Shown one piece after another: positions 42,101 to 51,900 of a stretch of 64,000 nucleotides of DNA. Source of the DNA: Eledone cirrhosa. Lineage: Eukaryota. The translations under genes were made by a program, and so were the position numbers. Location of the stretch: positions 18,910,001-18,974,000 of the forward strand of contig OZ024741.1 in NCBI GenBank assembly GCA_964016885.1, read 5' to 3'. Below the pieces are notes generated by a model, which made no database searches, was not told the DNA's origin, and saw nothing but the letters and a program-made list of their open reading frames with translations. How positions within the stretch are numbered: position 1 is the stretch's first letter; every line of letters starts with the position of its first letter.

Positions 42101-43740
42101 AGACCAAGTCAGTACTGAAGTGATGGCTACTGCTCCCCAGGGTTGGACAGGTCTATATAGACCAAGTCAGTACTGAAGTGATGGCTACTGCTCCCCATGG
42201 TTGGACAGATCTATATAGACCAAGTCAGTACTGAAGTGATGGCTACTGCTCCCCAGGGTTGGACAGATCTATATAGACCAAGTCAGTGTTGAAGTGATGG
42301 CTACTGCTCCCCAGGGTTGGACAGGTCTATATAGACCAAGTCAGTACTGAAGTGATGGCTACTGCTCCCCAGGGTTGGACAGGTCTATATAGACCAAGTC
42401 AGTGTTGAAGTGATGGCTACTGCTCCCCAGGGTTGGACAGGTCTATATAGACCAAGTCAGTGCTGAAGTGGTGGCTACTGCTCCCCAGGGTTAGACAGAT
42501 CTATATAGACCAAGTCAGTGTTGAAGTGATGGCTACTGCTCCCCAGGGTTGGACAGGTCTATATAGACCAAGTCAGTACTGAAGTGATGGCTACTGCTCC
42601 CCAGGGTTGGACAGATCTATATAGACCAAGTCAGTACTGAAGTGATGGCTACTGCTCCCCAGGGTTGGACAGGTCTATATAGACCAAGTCAGTGTTGAAG
42701 TGATGGCTACTGCTCCCCAGGGTTGGACAGGTCTATATAGACCAAGTCAGTGTTGAAGGGATGGCTACTGCTCCCCATGGTTGGACAGATCTATATAGAC
42801 CAAGTCAGTGTTGAAGTGATGGCTACTGCTCCCCAGGGTTGGACAGGTCTATATAGACCAAGTCAGTACTGAAGTGATGGCTACTGCTCCCCAGGGTTGG
42901 ACAGATCTATATAGACCAAGTCAGTACTGAAGTGATGGCTACTGCTCCCCAGGGTTGGACAGGTCTATATAGACCAAGTCAGTGTTGAAGTGATGGCTAC
43001 TGCTCCCCAGGGTTGGACAGGTCTATATAGACCAAGTCAGTGCTGAAGTGGTGGCTACTGCTCCCCAGGGTTAGACAGATCTATATAGACCAAGTCAGTA
43101 CTGAAGTGATGGCTACTGTTCCCCAGGGTTGGACAGGTCTATATAGACCAAGTCAGTGCTGAAGTGGTGGCTACTGCTCCCCAGGGTTGGACAGGTCTAT
43201 ATAGACCAAGTCAGTGTTGAAGTGATGGCTACTGTTCCCCAGGGTTGGACAGATCTATATAGACCAAGTCAGTGTTGAAGTGGTGGCTACTGCTCCCCAG
43301 GGTTGGACAGGTCTATATAGACCAAGTCAGTGTTGAAGTGGTGGCTACTGCTCCCCAGGGTTGGACAGGTCTATATAGACCAAGTCAGTGTTGAAGTGGT
43401 GGCTACTGCTCCCCAGGGTTGGACAGGTCTATATAGACCAAGTCAGTGTTGAAGTGGTGGCTACTGCTCCCCAGGGTTGGACAGGTCTATATAGACCAAG
43501 TCAGTGTTGAAGTGGTGGCTACTGCTCCCCAGGGTTGGACAGGTCTATATAGACCAAGTCAGTGTTGAAGTGGTGGCTACTGCTCCCCAGGGTTGGACAG
43601 GTCTATATAGACCAAGTCAGTGTTGAAGTGGTGGCTACTGCTCCCCAGGGTTGGACAGGTCTATATAGACCAAGTCAGTGTTGAAGTGGTGGCTACTGCT
43701 CCCCAGGGTTGGACAGGTCTATATGGACCTAGTCAGTGCT
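9174..43740. repeat. 58-bp satellite, 596 copies; GAAGTGATGGCTACTGCTCCCCAGGGTTGGACAG(G/A)TCTATATAGACCAAGTCAGT(GT/AC)T
   Basis: Unit starts at 9174, 9232 and so on to 43683. 43683-9174 = 595x58-1, matching the single 1-bp deletion visible at ~19080. The unit contains the 14-bp palindrome GGTCTATATAGACC. Confidence 0.99.
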
Positions 43741-43747
43741 GAAGCAA

Positions 43748-43837
43748 CAGTAGCCACCATTGCAGTAATAACTTGGTCTATGTAGACCCTTCCAACCCAT
43801 GTGGGCATGGAAAGCAAACATTAAAACAATGATGGTG
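43748..43837. mobile_element. RTE-tail SINE-like end containing an inverted, diverged copy of the 58-bp unit
   Basis: Reverse complement reads CACCATCATTGTTTTAATGTTTGCTTTCCATGCCCACATGGGTTGGAAGGGTCTACATAGACCAAGTTATTACTGCAATGGTGGCTACTG. Confidence 0.75.
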
Positions 43838-43873
43838 AAGAATAGCAAAGTTCTATTTTTTACAGTAAAAACT

Positions 43874-43950
43874 ACAATAAACAATAACCAATAAACAATA
43901 AACAATAAACAAAAAACAATAAACAATAAACAATAACCAATAAACAATAA
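43874..43950. repeat. (ACAATAA)n 7-bp microsatellite
   Basis: ACAATAA / CCAATAA repeated ~11 times. Confidence 0.85.
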
Positions 43951-44398
43951 CTAATAGCCAGTGATCCTAAAGCTAGAACATAAAATAAAATAAAAATTCT
44001 CAATTCCATTCTCAAATCCTCCCTGAATTTGTATACAACCACCACTTGGCTTTAATATTTTTTAGACCTCTGGTGAGTCCTGATCAAGACTCTCTCTCAA
44101 TTGTAGAAGACTCAGGGCTGGGCTTGCTACAATTTCAACATTATTAAGGGCCTGAGGGTACAAGACTTTCCCCTAAACTGGATTCAGGGTTGTCATAAAA
44201 TTAACATTCAGTTGCTGCTGCTGGTGTTGGTAGTGCTCATTTTTCCAGTTGCATAACATTGGGCAACATGAAATGACGTGATTTACTCAAAGACCCAATG
44301 TACTCATTGTTCCAAGAATCAAACCTATGATCTCACAATCATGAACCCATCATCCTTAACGATTGGGCCTACAGGCCTTCATAAGCTCTGATCCAATT

Positions 44399-44900
44399 AA
44401 CATCATCATCATCATCATCGTTTTTAAATCTGTTTTTCCACACTTGCATGGATTGGACAGGTCCTTCTCAGCACAGCATCTCTCCACTCACTGCATTCCT
44501 CCATCTCCTCTGCCCAGGTCTTTCAAAAGTTATGACCATCCCATCTGTTTCCAGACACGGTGTATCAAGGTTGCTATGACCTGACACTAGATGAGGTATG
44601 TGTAGGGCAGGTTGTTATGACCTTACACTAGATGAGGTATGTGTAGGGCAGGTTGTTATAACCTGACACTAGATGAGGTATGTGTAGGGCAGGTTGCTAT
44701 GACCTGACACTAGATGAGCCACAGCTTACTCATACACATAATTTTGGCATGGGTGGATACCTTTCCTAATGTCAAGTAATTTACAGAGTGTACTGGGTGC
44801 ATTTTATTGTGCAACAAGCATTACCATTTAGAGTGCACAGGGTGCATTTTAATATGGTACCAGTGCTACCATTTTACTGAGTGTACTGGGTGCATTAAAG
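44399..44900 (-). mobile_element. degenerate RTE-tail SINE-like element with internal tandem repeats
   Basis: (CAT)n...TTTTCCACACTTGCATGGATTGGACAGGTC end and GGATACCTTTCCTAATGTCAA...TTTACAGAGTGTACTGGGTGC core. Confidence 0.65.
44569..44718. repeat. 41-bp tandem repeat, ~3.6 copies
   Basis: GGTTG(C/T)TATGACCTGACACTAGATGAGGTATGTGTAGGGCA repeated. Confidence 0.9.
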
Positions 44901-45469
44901 ACAGTACAGTATTGAGGTGGAATATTGGTACTATCTCTAGCATGCTGAGGGACAATGCAGAGGTTCTCCTCCCCCCTCTCATTCTCTCTTCCCCCTCTCC
45001 CTCTCTCTCAGGTTCATTAATGTTAATGTTCATTGTTATAGATGTTAACTGTGTCTGTGTGCCATGGAGAAGTGAACATTGTGGCATTAAATCAATACTC
45101 ATTGACATACAATATAATTGCTTCTTACAAATTACTCACTGTTCAATATGCTATGATTTATTGATTCCTGTCTTGCCGTTCTTTGCTATTTATAGCTCCT
45201 ACAGGAGCTACGTCAATTAATCCAGCTGATTCTCTCTACACATCGGACCTATTGAATTAAAGTTCCACCGTCTTCACTTCCTCCCTCATGTTGTGCTTCC
45301 TTCTTTTTATGCTGTTGTTGTTTTGTCACAGGTCAAACTCGGATTATGGAGTGGATATATGACCCCAGACATGACCATCCTAGCACATTTAAACTCTTTT
45401 GGACCCAAACAGCCTGAAACCGATCCTATTTCTTTGATAAGAAACTGTTTATCTTAAAGTGTTTATCTT

Positions 45470-46265
45470 CTTCTTTGCCCACTTATTCCTGAGAGGTTGT
45501 TGTGGCAGAGTCCCAAAACACTGCTTCCAGCAGGTCCTGTCATGAGCAACCAACACCAACTGATCTGGCTGGATCTCCAGCGAGACCAGCCAAGCTCATG
45601 GATGCTATCCAACCATCCTGTGTGTATATTTGGTCAGCTGTGCTGCATCTGGGACGAAAACCACACTGTTCATGAGTTAGCTTGGATTCAACAATCTCCC
45701 TACATCTCTTTGCCAGACACTTAGCGTAGACTTTAATGGGGAAGCTTAACAAGGATCACTCTATGATTGGAGCAATCTCTCTTGTGTCCCTTTTTGGAAA
45801 TTGGTATTATCACTCGATTGCCATTGCTTAGGTGCCTTTCCAGAGATCCAGACCACCCAACACGCACAAGTCAGACAGAATACCTTCTCTATTTAAGACT
45901 TTTAACATCTCAGGCCAAATTTCATCTTTTCCAGCAGCCTTGTCATATTTGAGCTCTTTAATTGCTCTTGTGACCTCAGCCTTGGAAAGATTAGTCATTG
46001 CTCCCAGATGCACCTCGTGTACATCCAAAGATACTGTTGTGATCAGGTTTAGGAGATCAGCAAAGTATTCTCTCCACCTCGTGAGGATGCACCTATCTGA
46101 AGAGAACCCCAGATGCTTTCCTGATAGCCAGTGTGGAGAAGGACTTCTTATTACAAAGTTGGCAGATGGTCTGCCTGAATCCTTTATTTGCTGATCTGAG
46201 GTCAGATTCCAGCTTAACCCCAAAGTCCTCCTATGCGTTAACCTTAGATGCCTTTACCATCTCTG
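45470..46265 (-). pseudogene. decayed, internally deleted RTE-clade LINE fragment (second family)
   Basis: Minus-strand peptides RWREYFADLLN, KAAGKDEIWPEMLK, KVYAKCL and EQCGFRPRCSTADQIYT are N-terminal RT motifs, broken by frameshifts and joined directly to a 3' end shared with 61490-61718. Confidence 0.85.
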
Positions 46266-46996
46266 TTGTTTATCTTAAATTATCTAAAACACCTTCCTTC
46301 ATAATTTTATGTAAGAATCTTTAAGTTATGCTCCAAACATTATCTTAATAATGAAAAAGTTAGTTAAAAGTTAAATTAATGAATCTATTAGGGTTACATT
46401 ATTCTTGGCAGACATGGCTACTATTTTTTAAGCTGGGAGATAGGTGGGAGATAAGTTGAGTTAGATTTAGCTGCTATTTCTAGAGGACAAAGAGGGAGCT
46501 CTGCCATGGGTTAATACAGTCCAGTGTTGGAGGTGATTTAATTGACATTTGGCTGCTGTTTCTAGCTGGTCAAATAACTACATAGAGATTCCCTCAGAGA
46601 TGAGACAGACATATAGATGCCTGAGGAAGAGGGTGCATGTATTTGGTGAAGTAAGAGAGAGAGAAAAGTGAATTAGAAGAGAAGCTTACCAACACAATTA
46701 GAATTCAAAAGCAGCAGTAGGTGACATGGTCACTTCTACACTGGACACCCAGAATAATGGCCATATTTCCAGTGTAAAATGATAAACAAAGTTAACAAGA
46801 ATGAAAGTGTAGGAGTCAGAGGTCAATAAAATATAGTAGCAGTGAAGTACTGGGTAGAATATTTGACCTGGGTAAATAGATCAAATATTTGACCTTTCAC
46901 CTTAAATGTGTGACCTGATATTGTGCACATGAAAACAATCAATATCTAAACGAATATATATTCTAAAGCATAAATTCAGCCAATACTTATAGAGCA

Positions 46997-47029
<33 letters not shown>

Positions 47030-47033
47030 TTAT

Positions 47034-47642
47034 GTCAGGTCACCAGTTGGTGCTACTGGTAACATGTATCCCAGTACAACCTGTCCCATGGTCGGGTCGT
47101 TGGCGACTAAACTGGCAACCCCACCAAGGTTTCTTGGTGAGGAGGGTGACTTTGGACATCCTGCAGGACTAAAAACAAGACCTGTCAAAGGGCAAAGGAG
47201 CTCTTAAGAGTCAATGGCCATCCAAAATCACCGGGAGAGATGACCCCTTAGCCTTTGTCAAGGCAGAATTCTAGGAGAAGGAAAACTCTGATATAACACC
47301 TGCAACTCTGATGGTATCCAATGATGTTGACTTGTTCTTCTTTTTGGTAAATATCATCTTGGTTAAGAGAGTGGGACTGGCTTTGTGCAGTGCCTTTGCT
47401 CACTATAAAAGCTTCACGGCACAGGCATTGCTTTATATCTGGAGATCTCTCTGCACTTGTCGTCACAGGGTACCATGGCCCCAGCACTATGTGTCAATAT
47501 TTGTCACAAGTGTAGTGTTTGTACCAGAGTTTTCAAGTCGCTGGCTGGACTAAAAGGTCACACTCGTTCACTGCATCGGTAGGGGTTCTCCTATATGGAT
47601 ATAAAGTAGTGGCCGTACTCGAAAACGAGTTGGCAGCCACCA
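47034..47642 (+). mobile_element. non-autonomous bipartite RTE-derived element (5'UTR-like part plus ORF C-terminus/3'UTR; third family)
   Basis: The 3' part encodes ..HKCSVCTRVFKSLAGLKGHTRSLHR*, a C2H2-like C-terminus as in RTE/BovB ORFs. It has (ATGT)n on both sides and an inverted copy of the 3' part at 51186-51420. Confidence 0.7.
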
Positions 47643-47714
47643 TGTATGTATGTATGTATGTATGTATGTATGTATGTATGTATATGTGTGTGTGTGTGTA
47701 TATGTGTGTGTGTG

Positions 47715-47953
47715 ACAGCTCACACCTATGCAAGTTTAGCTGGCCTCCTCCAAGGTATATCTCAGAGGTGCCTTGGGTGATTTAATGATAGGGACCCCAG
47801 TCCCTATCATCTCATTTCTACAGCTGAGTAAACTGGAGCAATGTGAAATAAAGTGTTTTGCTCAAGGAAACAACACATCACCCGGTCCGAGAATTGAACT
47901 CACAACCTTTCGATTGCAAGCCCAATGCTCTAACCACTAAGCCATGCGCCTTC
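47715..47953 (-). mobile_element. tRNA-derived SINE (family B)
   Basis: Minus strand: A box TGGCTTAGTGG, B box GAGTTCAATTC, core TTGAGCAAAACACTTTATTTCACATTGCTCCAGTTTACTCAGCTG. Confidence 0.85.
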
Positions 47954-47974
47954 ATATATGTATATATGTATATA

Positions 47975-48022
<48 letters not shown>

Positions 48023-48059
48023 AGTCTATATATATATACATATGTATATATATAAAATG

Positions 48060-48422
48060 TCATCATCATTTTGTGTCTGCTCACCCTGCTAGCAAGGGTT
48101 GGATGGGTCGACACAAACCAAGTCAGTACTGAATTAGGGCCACTGACCTCCCAGGCAGTCTTGCTTATGTATGGCCTCACATTCTACCTAGTGCTCAAGG
48201 AAGGTTGTTATGTCTTTGACACAACTGAAGGGTTCTCCTAACCCGTTGATTGGCCAGCTTTCTACTGCTGGATCCCCTTCCTATCATCCACCACTATACT
48301 GGATACTGGGTAAATTTATCATGTAGAACACCAACATTAGAGAGTTTGTCGCACCTTGACATAACTAACAGGTCCACTTATGGTTTCTACAGCTTGTTGC
48401 CTTTCTTGTTGCCAACCACCTT
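48060..48422 (-). mobile_element. RTE-tail SINE-like element related to the 58-bp satellite unit
   Basis: (CAT)n...GCTAGCAAGGGTTGGATGGGTCGACACAAACCAAGTCAGTACTGAATTAGGGCCACTG, plus two degenerate TTTCTAC.GCTGGAT.CC.TTCCT cores. Confidence 0.7.
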
Positions 48423-48436
48423 ATATATATATGTAT

Positions 48437-51172
48437 ATCATCATCATCATCATCATCAACGTTTAACGTCCGTGTTCCACGCTTGCATGGGTTTGGACGG
48501 GGTAGTCCCACTTGAGGCAAGAGTGATTGTCTTGCTCGCATAGGACTGTCTGGCAGGTTTTCTACAGTTGGATGCCCTTCCTAACACCAACCACATTTAC
48601 AGTGTGGGTCTGGGAGGTTTTTACCGTGTTGCCTACACGGCCACATTACAGCGTGGACTGTGTGTTTTTTTGTCGTGACACCTACACGATCTCATTTGTT
48701 TCGGCCTGGATGGTGTGGCACCAACACAACTTTACATAGAACGGGGTGGCGTGGATGGGTTGGGGGTGGTGGGACGGGGGGGGGGGTATTTTGTTAGAGA
48801 TGCCTACTGGCTGTAGTAGGTTTTACTATGTATTTAGGTAAGGCGGGTCTTCTCTGTAACTGAGTACCGCCAAAGGTCTCGGTCCAGTGACATTGTCTTG
48901 GAGAGGTGTAAGTGTGTGAGGTCGGAGTTTATCAGCTCGTCCCAGGTTTTTCTAGGTCTGCCTATTCCGTGGCTACCGTCTATCTTTATTGCCCTGCACT
49001 TTGTTATACAGCTATTGACTTTCATGCGCATCACGTGTCCATACCAACGTAGCCTTCTCTCGAGTAAACAACATCTGATCCCTCTTATTTCTAATTTTTT
49101 CCTTAGTTCGTTTATGCTTTGCCGTTCACGTATATTACTGTTACACATCCAGCGGAGCATGCAAGCTTCGTTCCTCTCTAGTCTGCATATATCCTCTGCA
49201 CACAATGCCCAGGTCTCACTGCCATGCAACATTGCTGTTCGTATGCAGGCATCGTACAACCTGCCTTTCATTTTTAGGGAGAACCCTTTAGCAGCTAATA
49301 GTGGTATAAGCTCTCTGAACTTTTTCCAACCAGTTCTGACTCTAGCTACTGTACTTTCAGAGCACCCTCCCCCACTGCTGATTTTATCACCCAGGTAACG
49401 GAAACTGTCCACTATTTCTATAGAACCCTCTGCGCAATTGAAAGAGCTAGTATTTTGTGGGCACTTGCTGCTACTTATTGCACCAGAGCACCGGCCACAT
49501 GTAAAATCTATGTTCTTAGTTAGCTTACCTGTGATCCCACTACATCTTTTATGCACCCATACTTTGCATTTAGGACATAAAATGGAGTTTCTACCTACGC
49601 CTTCTACCACACCGAGCACGACCATTTCCCAGAAGGGACCGCCGCCTTATTTTCTTTCCTACAAACTAGAACTTTAGTCTTAGCCAGGTTAATTTTAAGG
49701 CCTTTTGATTCTAGGCCGTGCTTCCATGTTTGGAATTTCTTCTCTAGCTCGGCCATTGATTCCGTTATGAGTGTCAGGTCGTCTGCGTATAGGAGTTCCC
49801 ATGGGCAGCCGGTCTTGAACTCCTCTGTTATAGCCTGAAGGGCAATAATAAATAGTAGGGGGCTGAGAACAGAGCCCTGATGGACGCCAACTTTTACGCT
49901 AAACTCTTCACTATATTCGTTGTTAATTCTAACCTTGCTGACTGTTTCTTTATACATGGCTTGTATAGCTCTCACAAGCCATTCGTCAACGCCTAGTTTT
50001 CTAAGAGCCCACCAGATAATGGAGCAGGGGACTCTGTCGAAGGCTTTCTCCAAGTCGACAAAAGCTAAGTAGAGGGGTTTACCTTTAGCGAGGTACTTCT
50101 CCTGTAGTTGTCGTACAATGAAAAGAGCGTCTGTGGTACTTTTGCCTGACACAAACCCGAACTGCATTTCATCTAGGTCAATTCTCTCTCTGATTAATTG
50201 TGCTATTACTTTTTCCGTGACCTTCATGACCTGGTCGATTAATTTAATGCCTCTATAGTTACTCCTATCTAGGGCATCTCCTTTACCCTTATAACAGTTA
50301 ACGATGATGCTGCTATGCCAGTCCTTCGGAACAACCCCATTCTGTACGACTTGGTTAACTATGCGGGTGACCATGGTGTGTCCCACCGTGCCAGATGCCT
50401 TCAGCATCTCAGCAACTATTTCCGAATGCCCAGCCGCCTTACCCGTCTTCATATCCTTGATTGCCTTACTTATTATACTCCCCTCGACTAACACTGCTGG
50501 TCCCTCTATTGGGTCGATATGGGGGAGACTGTCTTTCTCCCATTTATTCTCCTCATTTAGTAGCCTTTCATAGTGACACTTCCAAGCTACCTTCTTATCA
50601 GCGTCGGTGATGGCAAGTGTGCAATCATCGTTTAGTACACACTTCTCCCCGACAATATCACGGTTTTCCTTGACGCATTGCCTAGCAATCCTGAACACCT
50701 CACGTTTTTGGTCATCGCGTTGTAGAACATGCTTGAACATTCTTTCCTCAGCTTCCCTTCTTGCTAAGTACACTTGTCTCCTAGCTTCCCTCCTGGCCAC
50801 TTGATAGTCTTCTCTACTTCCCCCATCCCGCCATACTTTCCAAGCCTGCTTTTTGGCCTTAATTGACCCCTCCACCTTACTGTTCCACCACCATGTTACT
50901 CTCCTCCTGCCTACAGGCCTGCTCCAGCCACAGACTTCGTCTGTCGCCAACAGCAGGTTTGCTTTCAGAAATTCCCACTCTCCCTCTATATTGTCCGACT
51001 CTAAATGTTCTTCCTTACTGTCTAAAGCATCAAGTAATATGCTTTGAAATTTATTCCTGGCTGTGGGATCCTTTAGCTTCCATATTTTTCTCCTGAGGAT
51101 AGTCCTCTTCTGCTGTCGAGTACGTCTCGTCCTGACTATGAGGTCGCTAATTATCAGTCTATGTTGGGAGGT
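48437..51172 (-). mobile_element. 5'-truncated RTE-clade LINE retrotransposon
   Basis: End of APE domain (TSQHRLIISDL), RT (YKGKGD, YRGIKL, QFGF, FVDLEKAFDRV, GVHQGSVLSPLLF, LYADDL, FRYLG), RTE C-terminus (RRLRWYGHVMRM, GRPRKTW), a ~400-nt 3'UTR and a (GAT)n tail. Both ends lie in (TA)n. Confidence 0.95.
48834..51172 (-). pseudogene. RTE ORF (partial endonuclease + reverse transcriptase + PHD-like finger), one frameshift at ~49605-49610
   Basis: ORF-track frames 49604..50950 (open upstream to ~51172) and 48834..49625 overlap at WSCSV/GVGRNS. There is no start codon because of 5' truncation. Confidence 0.9.
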
Positions 51173-51185
51173 ATATATATATATA

Positions 51186-51420
51186 TGGTGGCTGCCAACT
51201 CGTTTTCGAGTACAGCCACTACTTCATATCCATGTAGGAGAACCCCTACCGATGCGCTGAACGAGTGTGACTTTTTAGTCCAGCCAGCGACTTGAAAACT
51301 CTGGTACAAACACTACACTTGTGACAATTATTGACACATAGTGCTGGGCCCATGGTACCATGTGACGACAAGTGCAGAGAGATCTCCAGATATAAAGCAT
51401 ATTGTCTATATGCTTTAGCT
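51186..51420 (-). mobile_element. 3' end of RTE-derived element (inverted copy of ~47400-47642)
   Basis: Encodes NCHKCSVCTRVFKSLAGLKSHTRSAHR*. Its 3' end GAGTTGGCAGCCACC(AT)n abuts the truncation point of the LINE. Confidence 0.85.
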
Positions 51421-51560
51421 TGCACATGTGTATATATATATCGAGAGAGAGAGATAGGTATACCCACTCTGCATCTCCCCACGCATTGAGTACTCCCATG
51501 ATTAGTGGTCTCCTCACAGATCGCGCACTCTCTCTCGCTCTCTCTCTCTTGTATATATAT

Positions 51561-51900
51561 ATCATCATCATCATCATCATCATCATTTTACGTCTGCTTT
51601 TCTCTGCTTGCAAGGGTGGGACGGGAATTGATTCTGGCTTGATTTCTACAGCTGGATGCCCTTCCTAACACCAACCTCATTTACAGTGAGTGCTGGGTGC
51701 TTTTTTTGCCGTGGCACCTCCACGACTACTTTACAGTGGAATGATAGGGACCCCAGTCCCTATCATCTCATTTCTACAGCTGAGTAAACTGGAGCAATGT
51801 GAAATAAAGTGTCTTGCTCAAGGAAACAACACATCACCCGGTCTGAGAATTGAACTCACAACCTTTCGATTGCAAAGCCAACGCTCTAACCACTAAGCCA
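51561..51900 (-). mobile_element. near full-length tRNA-derived SINE (family B) with RTE-type 3' tail
   Basis: A/B boxes at the right end, core, then GCTGGATGCCCTTCCTAACACCAACC shared with the LINE 3'UTR (~48565-48595) and a (GAT)n tail. Highly similar to 59894-60232. Confidence 0.9.

Noticed and set aside
9174-43740. CRISPR-like array (palindromic repeat at regular spacing)
   Set aside because: No unique spacers, since the whole 58 bp repeats. No cas genes, and the context is eukaryotic.
9174-43740. Hammerhead-ribozyme satellite, as in newt or schistosome satellites
   Set aside because: Neither strand of the unit has CTGANGA plus GAAA. The 48-mer and the second 58-mer also lack the CTGANGA core.
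44060-44080. 7-nt plus-strand microexon (tttttag|ACCTCTG|gtgagt)
   Set aside because: Splice-like motifs only. No coding or homology support.
47860-47953. tRNA gene (A/B boxes, GCA anticodon-like loop)
   Set aside because: No proper acceptor stem, and it continues into a SINE core present in several copies, so it is a SINE head.
48898-51260. Plus-strand ORFs over the LINE
   Set aside because: Antisense shadows of the RT reading frame with no recognisable motifs
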